DNA of 32,000 bases from NCBI GenBank assembly GCA_016871995.1, contig VHBL01000003.1, positions 116,603-148,602 of the forward strand, given 5' to 3'. The stretch comes from Nitrososphaerota archaeon. GTDB lineage: Archaea; Thermoproteota; Nitrososphaeria; Nitrososphaerales; UBA57. Every line of letters begins with the position of its first letter. Position 1 is the stretch's first letter. Of this stretch, positions 16,249-24,779 are shown in pieces. Under the pieces are notes generated by a model, which was given only the letters and a program-made list of their open reading frames with translations, had not been told where the DNA came from and did not search any database. A program made the position numbers and the translations under genes.

Positions 16249-17109
16249 CTAGTCCCGTCTGACAGGACCCCATGGCCTGATGTTTGCTTCCTTCAATCCG
16301 AACATGATGGCCATCCCATGAAAGTATCCCAAAAGCGTTACTTTAAGATCCTTGTGATTCCGCCTCGAGAAAAGCTGGAGAGGTAACTCTAGCGTCACCG
16401 TCACACAATCGTAGAATCTCCGAAATGCGGAATGGTTCCTTTTAGAATAGAGCAACTTATTTCTCAACCTCATGTAACCCTTCAGGCCTTGAACTCTATC
16501 GGAAGTCGCGGAACCAACATGATAGAGGCAAGTTTCATGTAACGCGAGTACCGTGAAGCCCGCTTTCTTCGCCCTAGCTCCAAGATCGACATCTTCCCAA
16601 TACATGAAGTATGAAGGGTCTATAAGACCGACTCTTTCGAAGACCTCCTTCTTGACCATGCAATTCCATGCGTAATCTAATTCGTTTGATTCTGAGGGCC
16701 TGGTGGTTAGGCGAAATGAGCTGACCTTATTTCCTGTCGACGACCTAGAGCCGTCTGGCATGAGTTGATCGGGGGCGACAATCCCAAGGTTAATCGAAGA
16801 CACCGATTCAAACTGGCTGACAAGCTTCTCAAAAATTCCATTGTCTGTGAATACAAGATCGTTGCTCCCAAGAAAGATATAATCGCAATCGTGAGACAGA
16901 GCATAGCTGATTCCGTAATTATAGGCAGCGGTTCCAATGTTTTCTGACAGGGAAATCAGCTTTACATTCGGAAACTCCCGTCTCACCATGTCCTGTGAAA
17001 GATCCGTTGAATTGTTGTCGACGACAATGGCTAGGCAATCTGGGAGTGAACTCAAGCACTTTCTCAGCAGTTCCTTTCCATTGTAATTTGCAATAACACA
17101 GGCTATCAT
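16249..17109 (-). CDS. family 2 glycosyltransferase (GT-A)
   Basis: 286 aa with MIACVIANYNGKELLRKCLSSL, VVDNNSTD, the GSND region and WEDVDLGARAKKAGF, typical GT2 motifs. It overlaps the upstream gene by 4 nt. Confidence 0.85.
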   Translation of the reverse strand: MIACVIANYNGKELLRKCLSSLPDCLAIVVDNNSTDLSQDMVRREFPNVKLISLSENIGTAAYNYGISYALSHDCDYIFLGSNDLVFTDNGIFEKLVSQFESVSSINLGIVAPDQLMPDGSRSSTGNKVSSFRLTTRPSESNELDYAWNCMVKKEVFERVGLIDPSYFMYWEDVDLGARAKKAGFTVLALHETCLYHVGSATSDRVQGLKGYMRLRNKLLYSKRNHSAFRRFYDCVTVTLELPLQLFSRRNHKDLKVTLLGYFHGMAIMFGLKEANIRPWGPVRRD

Positions 17110-17933
17110 TTTATGAAAATCGCCAAGGTATCGGGGTAGATTCCATCCCTACTTAGGAGCCATGGCCTTAGGGTATTACGCTTTGCGAAATCATAAGTTG
17201 CAAGGCTTAAATTACAATCGTCGACCACGAGAACTCCTCCAGTTTTTAGATGCCGCCAAGCCATCTCCATCTCGAAAGTTACTGTCCTATAGGAATGATC
17301 GCTGTCGTGGAGGTAAAAGTCGATAGAACCGAGCCTTGGGAGAGCTGCAGCGAGAAAGTGACGACTATCATCGATTACAAGCTCCCATCGATTGCGAAGC
17401 CATCCCGGCACTGCGAAGCCGGTGGGGACACCGTATTTTGTCCAGATACCTGACGAAACGGTCTTGGATATGTCCACAGAAATTAGCCTCCCCTTGCCGT
17501 TCTCCTCCATCGCCTTGAGAATCGCAGCTGATGAGCCGCCAAGGAAGACACCCGCTTCCACTGCCATTTCCGGCTTCAACTTTCGGGTTAGCGAATAAAG
17601 ATAAAAGTAATAGACCGCATTCGCGAAATTAAAAGGATTGAAACTGGCCAGCCCAACTTTTACAGGGTTCCAAGTTTCGTCGAGCCTATTAATGAATGCT
17701 TCCATGGACGTTCCATCAATTTTATAGGTAAAACTGTCCAACAGATCTGACATTTGGATTGGAAGCTGGTCGATTCGCCGGTCCCTGTTGCGATATCTCC
17801 ACTCAACTAGCCTAGGAATTCTTGCACCTATCTTATTTCGAGCCCATAGCGGTAGCATCTTAACAGGCGCCTTGGTGAAAGTTATTCCGTAGAACGACCG
17901 CCTTGGTTTATCGACTTGTGGATTTAGTCTCAC
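17106..17933 (-). CDS. class I SAM-dependent methyltransferase (TylF/CmcI/Methyltransf_24-like)
   Basis: 275 aa with AVEAGVFLGGSSAAILKAMEENGKGRLISVDI (motif I plus acidic loop) and IDFYLHDSDHSYRTVTFEMEMAWRHLKTGGVLVVDD. Confidence 0.75.
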   Translation of the reverse strand: MRLNPQVDKPRRSFYGITFTKAPVKMLPLWARNKIGARIPRLVEWRYRNRDRRIDQLPIQMSDLLDSFTYKIDGTSMEAFINRLDETWNPVKVGLASFNPFNFANAVYYFYLYSLTRKLKPEMAVEAGVFLGGSSAAILKAMEENGKGRLISVDISKTVSSGIWTKYGVPTGFAVPGWLRNRWELVIDDSRHFLAAALPRLGSIDFYLHDSDHSYRTVTFEMEMAWRHLKTGGVLVVDDCNLSLATYDFAKRNTLRPWLLSRDGIYPDTLAIFIK

Positions 17934-17990
17934 TCTAGCTTTACTCCCTTTTAGGATTCTCTCAGATCGACTTCCAAGTTGCAGTCCTTC

Positions 17991-18182
17991 CTAGAGCTGC
18001 CAGTAGAGACTGACGTGGATAGATAGTAGAGCGACGACTGCGGCGGCGACGGCGATGTCCGAAACTAGATCATAAGACAGATAAGACCAACGACAGGCTA
18101 TCTTCTTCCCTAGGCGTTCGCCCAAAAGAGCACCTTTGATTTCATGGTAGAACATGGCACAAGCTGAGACGGCCGACACCAT
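17991..18182 (-). CDS. possible small membrane protein (63 aa from ATG 18182)
   Basis: It fills the 300-nt gap between the two methyltransferase genes and has a C-terminal hydrophobic helix (IAVAAAVVALLSIHVSLYW). The longer track ORF (to 18290) overlaps the upstream gene by 56 nt. No homology recognised. Confidence 0.25.
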   Translation of the reverse strand: MVSAVSACAMFYHEIKGALLGERLGKKIACRWSYLSYDLVSDIAVAAAVVALLSIHVSLYWQL

Positions 18183-18234
18183 CCCGAGAGCCTCAAGTCG
18201 GATTGAGACCGTCCTGACGCTCCTCTCCTCGTGG

Positions 18235-18891
18235 TTAACGCTCAATTGTCCAGACGCATAACGCGTTCGCATATTTGAACGGTTTTCCATATCTTACACC
18301 TTTTACCTCATCATAATCGGCTTGGACCCAAGTTTCTCTGTTCATGCGTTTCATGAATATGCGGGTCGAGAATAATTTTCCGTCATCGACAATTCTGTCC
18401 ATAGCTGGATTGAATCCCAAGGGGACTGTTGCAACAATCTTACCAGAAGGAGCAAGAAGCATGTAGAGATTTTGGATAGTTTTTATGATTTTCGATTCGA
18501 CGATATCATCGTCTCCATCCATTCCGATATGCTCCAACGTCGATATGCTAAGAATGAGCCCGTAGCGAACATCTGTAGAGAACTCCATGGCATCCACGTT
18601 TTGAACTCTAGGTGCCATCTCATATTTATCTACAATATGGTGGCTAACATTGAAATAATGCGACAGGACATTACCTACTTCAAGGACAGGAAGCGTTGCC
18701 CTCTTCAAATAGCTCATGGCTATTGGAACTTCTATACATCTTTCGCTGGCCCAGGTGAAATTATATGGGTGGAAAAAGTAGCGCATCTCTTCGCCTCTAA
18801 AAGTGAATTTTCTGCTTGGGCTGAATAATCGTCTGTAGGCATACGATAAATAAGTAAGGAGGCGAAATATCAGGGCGTGATCCAGCATCAT
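18235..18891 (-). CDS. probable SAM-dependent methyltransferase
   Basis: 218 aa with WASERCIEVPIA...LPVLEVGNVLSHY...YGLILSISTLEHIGMD, i.e. motif-I-like VLEVG and the post-II STLEH pattern seen in class I MTases of polysaccharide clusters. It overlaps the upstream GT2 by 4 nt. Confidence 0.55.
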   Translation of the reverse strand: MMLDHALIFRLLTYLSYAYRRLFSPSRKFTFRGEEMRYFFHPYNFTWASERCIEVPIAMSYLKRATLPVLEVGNVLSHYFNVSHHIVDKYEMAPRVQNVDAMEFSTDVRYGLILSISTLEHIGMDGDDDIVESKIIKTIQNLYMLLAPSGKIVATVPLGFNPAMDRIVDDGKLFSTRIFMKRMNRETWVQADYDEVKGVRYGKPFKYANALCVWTIER

Positions 18892-19853
18892 CTGACTCTT
18901 CTGAAGTCTCGTAGGGCAAGGATTGTGTCTTGAACGTCCCGATGTAGCCTCAGAACTGCATCTTTACGGTCTTGTGGGCTCATGCACGATCTGAAAGCTC
19001 GCATGCAGGATCCAATAACCAACCCGAATAGAATAAACGGTAACGCAGGTGCATAGTTTCTGCTGACAAAACGGATTAGGTTTCGCTTATAAATATATGA
19101 CAAGTAGTGATCAGGAAGCTTCCTGGCGGTCGCTGACCCGACATGAATGATCGACACCTCCCCGTCATGAACGAGCTTAAACCCAGCTTTCCGTGCTCTG
19201 AGTCCGTAGTCTACATCTTCAAAATAAGCGGGAGAGTAACGCTCATCTAGCAAACCTATGCCGTCTACCAACGAGCGCTTTAGAATGAAACACGCACCAC
19301 CCGCGCTATCAGTTTCATGAACGTATGCGCTCTGCTCCTGATTTCTCCCAAATACCGGCACGCCGAGGAAGCTGTCAAGGTAAACTCCCGGTAGCAGCCT
19401 GAGTCCCATCGGCTGAGATCGGCCATCAGGACGAAGAAACCTGCAATTTACGATTCCTATTGTCGGGTCGCTCTCGGCCACACCGATCATATGAAGAAGC
19501 CAATTGTCATTAACGATGAACGTGTCATCGCTCAAAACGACACAGTAGTCAACATTGTAACGACTCAACGCCAACCTTATGCCTGTATTAACCCCTGCGG
19601 AAAACCCCTCATTCCTCGAGAGCCTAATTACGTCAATGTCTGGGAACTCCTTGTTTACCAACTCGGATGAACCGTCACTAGACCCATTATCCACGACGAT
19701 CACTTTGTACCACGCATACCGTGTATTCTTGAGAGAACTAAGGCAATTGCGCAAAAGCTCCCGATTATTCCAGGTGGGCACAACGATGGCAACTTTCCTA
19801 ATCTCTCTCTCGCCTCGCCTCTGCATGATACCATCGATTTCGGAACCAATCAT
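18888..19853 (-). CDS. family 2 glycosyltransferase (GT-A)
   Basis: 321 aa with VAIVVPTWNNRELLRNCLSSL, VVDNGSSDGS, LSDD and FEDVDYGLRARKAGF. Confidence 0.85.
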   Translation of the reverse strand: MIGSEIDGIMQRRGEREIRKVAIVVPTWNNRELLRNCLSSLKNTRYAWYKVIVVDNGSSDGSSELVNKEFPDIDVIRLSRNEGFSAGVNTGIRLALSRYNVDYCVVLSDDTFIVNDNWLLHMIGVAESDPTIGIVNCRFLRPDGRSQPMGLRLLPGVYLDSFLGVPVFGRNQEQSAYVHETDSAGGACFILKRSLVDGIGLLDERYSPAYFEDVDYGLRARKAGFKLVHDGEVSIIHVGSATARKLPDHYLSYIYKRNLIRFVSRNYAPALPFILFGLVIGSCMRAFRSCMSPQDRKDAVLRLHRDVQDTILALRDFRRVR

Positions 19854-20989
19854 ATTCGAGACGTCACCTCCTGCTTACCTTCCCCGTCACCGAGGATTAT
19901 CTTGGTAAGCCTCTCCTTGAATGATTCTTCACTAAACATAGAGATATGCCGACGAAGCTGGGGTAAGTATCTGTCAAACTCACCCTCGAGTGCGAGCATT
20001 ATCTTACCGGTTGCCTCGTGTTCGGTGCGAAATCGTAACGCGCTGATTGGAACTATCTCTCTGGTTCCACCACTATCATGGACTATAGGGATACACCCCG
20101 CTGCGATTGCTTCCACTGTTGCTATGCCAAAATGTTCGTTCTTCATTGTGTGTAGAAATACCTTAGACGAGTGGGCCATGGAAATTATCCGTTTTCGTGG
20201 CAGATTGGGGTAGAACAGTATGTTTGCAATCCTACGCTTCTCCGCCTGTTTGCGAAGGTCGAGGTACAGTCTATGGTTAAGCGAAGACGCGACAGCCCCG
20301 ATGACTCTTACGGGCGACGAGACACCGGCACTCTGTAACGCCTCTGCAATATTGACCTGTTCAAGCTGGTTCTTCTCAGAACTGAAACGTCCTATCGAAA
20401 TCACTCCATCACGAGTAGAATTCGAGGTTGGCTTCCACTGACTGATTGGAACGGGGAAATAGACAACTTCCGATTCCACGCCCCAAGCTTTTTTGCAGAG
20501 GTCTGCAATATACTGGGAGATCGACAGGATTCGTGTTGATCGGACGTTATCTGAAAACATCTTGTAGAAGATACGGTATGGAGCGGAGTAGATGCGCCAA
20601 AAAAAGGACCTGATTTCTCTATCCCCCATCAGGTCTGGGTCCGGAGGAAAAAATACATAGGTAAAACCAGGGGTTCTACTTCTTGAGAGGTGGACAACGG
20701 GACCTATAGCCTCGAAGACAAGGTCGTAACCTCTGTAACCCCCCATGAGTGCTGCCAGAATTGGATTATCGTAAATGGTCGAACCCGGATCCCATAGCCA
20801 TCTCCGACTAAAGATTCTACTCTTTAGAGGCTTTTGAAACGTTGCGATGAGTTGCTCACGAGTGACGCGACCAATGCAATAGAGATCAACGTAATGACCC
20901 CTCCTTTCTAGCTCTTCGGCTACGCTTAGCCCTACCAACTGATTAGTCGTCAGTTGCGGAAGTGAGGAGATCACGATAGCGATCCTCAA
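19850..20989 (-). CDS. family 4 (GT-B) glycosyltransferase
   Basis: 379 aa with EHFGIATVEAIAAGCIPIVHDSGGTREIV (the GT4 E-x7-E region). TTG start at 20989. It is the first long gene of the minus-strand operon. Confidence 0.85.
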   Translation of the reverse strand: MRIAIVISSLPQLTTNQLVGLSVAEELERRGHYVDLYCIGRVTREQLIATFQKPLKSRIFSRRWLWDPGSTIYDNPILAALMGGYRGYDLVFEAIGPVVHLSRSRTPGFTYVFFPPDPDLMGDREIRSFFWRIYSAPYRIFYKMFSDNVRSTRILSISQYIADLCKKAWGVESEVVYFPVPISQWKPTSNSTRDGVISIGRFSSEKNQLEQVNIAEALQSAGVSSPVRVIGAVASSLNHRLYLDLRKQAEKRRIANILFYPNLPRKRIISMAHSSKVFLHTMKNEHFGIATVEAIAAGCIPIVHDSGGTREIVPISALRFRTEHEATGKIMLALEGEFDRYLPQLRRHISMFSEESFKERLTKIILGDGEGKQEVTSRI

Positions 20990-21234
20990 TAGGCGTTCTC
21001 CATCTGGCTCAGGGAAACCAAGGACAGTGCAACATTCATCGGGTCCAGAATAGCGAGTCTACACAAAGCATCTGAATTCTTTCTCAACATAAACATATTC
21101 TGTTCGCATGCGGCCTGTGCACTCATCCGGCTCGGACATAAGTACATTGGAGTTAATATTGCTTCATTTGAATTTTCGGAGGGGATTTTTGATCTAATCG
21201 TTGTTCTCCGTCCGGAGTGAAAGACCGGAAACAC
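20986..21234 (-). CDS. hypothetical ORF upstream of the GT operon (doubtful)
   Basis: 82-aa ORF whose TGA overlaps the GT4 TTG start (TTGA). The composition is not convincingly protein-like, and another minus-strand frame is also open in part of the region. Confidence 0.2.
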   Translation of the reverse strand: MFPVFHSGRRTTIRSKIPSENSNEAILTPMYLCPSRMSAQAACEQNMFMLRKNSDALCRLAILDPMNVALSLVSLSQMENAY

Positions 21235-21592
21235 AGCTCATGGCAATGCGTTGCCTCTTTTGAACGGTTTTCCCAGGTGTTCCTCCACCAGTAAAATTCA
21301 TGCAAACATGCGGGTACCATTAAACAGACTGCAAAGTGGTTGATGCCCCCACCTGCAAAAGAAATTATCTTTCATCTGACAAAAGGTACATTTAAGTATC
21401 GGATTTCTTACTAACTCTTCATTACTCACCAGGGTTCAATATGAGGGTTTTGAGTGCAGGTGACAACGCGAGAATCGGAACGTATCATTCAATGGTTCTT
21501 CTAACACACCCGCAAGACGGTGTCCTTCGACCAGAGCATCGAATGGCCACAACTTGACAATGGTTTGATAAAGAGATTAGGGGTTTCCAGAA

Positions 21593-22600
21593 TTGCCGAG
21601 TAACATTCTTGTGACAGGCGGGCTCGGGTTCATCGGAAGTAATTTCATTCGCTACGCCCTGGAGAGACACATGGATGTCAGGATAGTCAACGTAGACAAT
21701 TTGTCTTACGGGGGCAATCCGGCGAACCTGTGGTCGTCCGGCGAAGAGCCTCGTTACAGATTCATTCGGGGTGATATAACTGATAAGGTTCTTATCACAA
21801 AACTCGTTCGCAACATAGATGTCGTCGTTAACTTCGCAGCGGAATCCCACGTAGACAGGAGTATTGCCGATTCTTGGCCTTTTATTAGGAGCAATACCGA
21901 AGGCGTATTGACTATACTCGATGTGTTACGCCGTAAGGCAGAGGACACCAAGTTGATACAGATTGGTACTGATGAGGTGTATGGCGATATCGTGAAAGGT
22001 TCAGCCAAGGAAGATGATAAGTTGAATCCGTCATCACCCTACGCGGTTTCGAAGGCGTCGGCGGACATGTTCTGCCTTGCATACCGGCGGACGTATGGAC
22101 TCAAGCTGATAATCACGAGGTGCACGAACAACTTCGGTCAGTTTCAGTTTCCCGAGAAACTCATCCCTAAAACAATCATAAGCGCGCTTAAGAATACCCC
22201 AATTGCACTCTACGGCTCCGGGAGACAAGTAAGAGACTGGATCTATGTTAAAGACCATTGTGAGGCGTTGGATCTGGTTATCAAGGAGGGGAGAGCCGGG
22301 GAAATATACAACATCTCCACGGGCATTGAAAGAGACAATTTTTCCATAGTGGAATCTGTGCTTAAGATAATGAAGAAAGATTCAAGCCTAATCAGGCATG
22401 TCGACGACAGGCCTGGACACGATTCCCGGTACAGTTTGGACTCGAGCAAAATTAGACATGAGCTAGGTTGGAAGCCAAGACATGGTTTCCGAGAGTCGCT
22501 GCGGGACACGGTTGAGTGGTACATGAGAAACCAATTATGGTGGAAGCCTCTGATAAGCGAGAAGATTCTGAGTCCGGAACCATGGAAGGAGAAGTGGTGA
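21593..22600 (+). CDS. rfbB: dTDP-glucose 4,6-dehydratase
   Basis: 335 aa with ILVTGGLGFIGSNFIRY, AAESHVDRS, GTDEVYG, SPYAVSKASAD (YxxxK), TRCTNNFGQFQFPEKLIP, RDWIYVKDH and DRPGHDSRY, all hallmark RmlB motifs. Confidence 0.92.
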   Translation: MPSNILVTGGLGFIGSNFIRYALERHMDVRIVNVDNLSYGGNPANLWSSGEEPRYRFIRGDITDKVLITKLVRNIDVVVNFAAESHVDRSIADSWPFIRSNTEGVLTILDVLRRKAEDTKLIQIGTDEVYGDIVKGSAKEDDKLNPSSPYAVSKASADMFCLAYRRTYGLKLIITRCTNNFGQFQFPEKLIPKTIISALKNTPIALYGSGRQVRDWIYVKDHCEALDLVIKEGRAGEIYNISTGIERDNFSIVESVLKIMKKDSSLIRHVDDRPGHDSRYSLDSSKIRHELGWKPRHGFRESLRDTVEWYMRNQLWWKPLISEKILSPEPWKEKW

Positions 22601-22603
22601 GAG

Positions 22604-23473
22604 CTGAGAATACTAGTAACAGGGCATACAGGATTCATAGGTTCCAATCTCGTGACATACTTGGAATCACTTGGACATTCGGTCATAGGCTGCTCCAGGA
22701 AAACGGGTTGTGACGCAGGTGATTTCGAGAGGATCAAATCTGAGCTGGCGAGATGCGATCTTGCGTACCACCTTGCCGCCGACGCTCGACCTGCTGAAAG
22801 CCTTCTTTCTCCCTGGCAGACGGTTGAGGTCAATCTTAGAACTACGACAAACATTGGCTTGGCATGCAGTAAGGCTGGAGTCCCCCTAGTGTATGCGAGC
22901 AGCTGCGAAATATACGGGGATTCTTTAGTACCGTTGTTGGAGGAGTCGTCATTGAGACCCACTAATCCCTATGCGGCCTCAAAGCTCGCGTGTGATAGGC
23001 TCCTGTTTTCATTCCAAAGATGCTACGGACTCGACGTGAAGATACCCAGACTATTCAATCCGTACGGTCCTCACCAGCAACTCAATAAGATAATTCCCAC
23101 CCTCTACCGGCAAGCGTCTGAGGGAAAACCGCTAACCGTGTATGGTGACGGGAGCGATACACGAGACTATGTGTTTATCGAGGATATTGCCAGAGGGCTT
23201 TGGGAGGCTAGAAGGCTACCTGCAGGGGAAGCGGTTAACTTGGCCACCGGAATAGGCACAACAAGTAAGCAGATTGCAGATATTCTAATTCTGAAGACAC
23301 TCAGCAAATCCGTAGTAAGGTTTGTCCCGTATCCTGAAATATTCGGAGGGATTAGGAACCAAGTCGGCTCCTACGAAAAAGCAAAGAGGCTGCTCTTATG
23401 GGAGCCTAAGACCAACATTGATGTAGGTCTTGATCATACTATAAGATGGTTGAAATCGCTAAATGAAACGTAG
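22604..23473 (+). CDS. NAD-dependent epimerase/dehydratase-family SDR (candidate 4-ketoreductase/epimerase of the pathway); apparent CTG start
   Basis: The track ORF begins at GTG 22652. The frame is open right from the rfbB TGA and encodes (L)RILVTGHTGFIGSNL at 22604-22651, the Rossmann motif. YxxxK is present as NPYAASKLACD. The only plausible initiation codon before the motif is CTG 22604 (or ATA 22610). Confidence 0.8.
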   Translation: MRILVTGHTGFIGSNLVTYLESLGHSVIGCSRKTGCDAGDFERIKSELARCDLAYHLAADARPAESLLSPWQTVEVNLRTTTNIGLACSKAGVPLVYASSCEIYGDSLVPLLEESSLRPTNPYAASKLACDRLLFSFQRCYGLDVKIPRLFNPYGPHQQLNKIIPTLYRQASEGKPLTVYGDGSDTRDYVFIEDIARGLWEARRLPAGEAVNLATGIGTTSKQIADILILKTLSKSVVRFVPYPEIFGGIRNQVGSYEKAKRLLLWEPKTNIDVGLDHTIRWLKSLNET

Positions 23474-24779
23474 CTCAATCAGCGACAGAAAGAAATTTGT
23501 GGACACAGTCTCGAATACGCTGTGGGAACATTCGAAACTACGCTCGGCAAATAAAATTCCTTACGCAGGTGTAGTATTCGATAAGGAGGAGGTGAAGGAG
23601 GTCGTCGGCGCCCTCTACGATGCTTTCACATCGCGTTGGTTCGCACTCGGCAAACATGGTGATGACTTTGAAAAAGAGTTCAGCAGATACCTTGGCGTAA
23701 ACCATTGCATCCTTACCAATTCGGGTTCATCGGCTAACCTTCTAGCGGTTGCATCGATGTCAGAATTGAAGAAACTTAGGCCGGGAGACGAAGTTCTGAC
23801 TCCCGCGGTGACATTTCCGACCGCAATAAATCCACTCCTATTATACAAACTGAAGCCGGTACTTGTGGATGTAACGCTCCCGAGTTACACAGTGTCCGCC
23901 GAAGAGCTCAGAAAAGCATCATCGCCTAAGACCAAGGGCATAATGCTCCCGCATCTAAACGGTAGTGCTAGCTACATGCCAGAGATTATCGAACTGGCTG
24001 AGAGAAAGGGATGGGTCTTAATAGAAGATTGCTGTGACGCACTTGGTACGTTTGTTGACGGAAGAAATGTGGGAACTTTCGGGCAAGCTTCAACCTTCAG
24101 CTTTTACGCCGCTCACCATCTATGCATGGGTGAAGGCGGAGCGGTCTGCACCAATAACGAGGAAGTAGCCACTACGGTCAGATCTTTGAGGGACTGGGGA
24201 AGAAGCCTAGGGAAAGAAATTTTCGACCTGAAAAAAGGCAGGAGAATGATCCGGATTGGCGGGGGTTCGACCCTCCCAGATGATTACGAGGCAAGGTACA
24301 TCTACACCACACGTGGATTTAACCTGAAGCCTATTGACATTCAACCGGCAATGGGTCTTGCCCAGCTCAAAAAGATAAAGTCCTTCGGCAAGGCCAGGAG
24401 GCATAACTATAGGTTTTTGCTGGATGCGCTATCCAAATTTGAAAAGTGGTTAATCCTGCCAAGGGCTGCAGAAGGGGTAGATCCAAGCTGGTTCGTATTT
24501 CCTGTAATAGTCCGCGATGGAGCTGGATTTACTAGAAGGGAACTCGTTGATCATCTGGAGAAGGGAGACATAGAGACACGTCCTATCCTCGCGGGGAATA
24601 TTGCTAATCAGCCTGCCTATCAGGATATTGATCTTGTGATCAGAGGCTCTTTACGCAACAGTGGGTTAATACTAAGAGGGGGCTTCTTTGTCGGAGTGTA
24701 CCCTGGGCTCTCGGAGGCCCAGATGAACAAAATGGTTAAAACGTTTACTTCATTCTTCAGGTCGAGAAGCATTGCCTAA
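23463..24779 (+). CDS. DegT/RfbH (E1)-like PMP-dependent sugar 3-dehydratase homologue
   Basis: 438 aa, which is RfbH/AscC length. It has ILTNSGSSANLLA, LIEDCCDALGT, VGTFG, FSFYAAHHLCMGEGGAV (His-His at 24114-24119 where aminotransferases have Lys), RDWGR and DPSWFVFPV. It overlaps the upstream SDR by 11 nt. Confidence 0.8.
   Translation: MKRSSISDRKKFVDTVSNTLWEHSKLRSANKIPYAGVVFDKEEVKEVVGALYDAFTSRWFALGKHGDDFEKEFSRYLGVNHCILTNSGSSANLLAVASMSELKKLRPGDEVLTPAVTFPTAINPLLLYKLKPVLVDVTLPSYTVSAEELRKASSPKTKGIMLPHLNGSASYMPEIIELAERKGWVLIEDCCDALGTFVDGRNVGTFGQASTFSFYAAHHLCMGEGGAVCTNNEEVATTVRSLRDWGRSLGKEIFDLKKGRRMIRIGGGSTLPDDYEARYIYTTRGFNLKPIDIQPAMGLAQLKKIKSFGKARRHNYRFLLDALSKFEKWLILPRAAEGVDPSWFVFPVIVRDGAGFTRRELVDHLEKGDIETRPILAGNIANQPAYQDIDLVIRGSLRNSGLILRGGFFVGVYPGLSEAQMNKMVKTFTSFFRSRSIA

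Noticed and set aside
2401-17598. Numerous 60-136-aa track ORFs nested inside or antisense to long conserved genes, for example 2401-2694, 2984-3480, 4983-5168, 7930-8262, 8590-8775, 10271-10459, 10700-11110, 12890-13201, 13332-13643, 14218-14442, 15696-16206, 16707-16947 and 17250-17598.
   Set aside because: Each is fully contained in, or antisense to, a gene with clear family motifs, and none has a recognisable domain. I treat them as chance ORFs.
22243-22962. 239-aa minus-strand ORF overlapping the rfbB 3' end and the following SDR, together with the similar + strand ORF 29047-29391 over rmlB'.
   Set aside because: Both lie antisense to strongly supported SDR genes and have low-complexity Ser/Leu/Arg-rich composition. 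Their mutual similarity only mirrors the rmlB/rmlB' paralogy. They are shadow ORFs.
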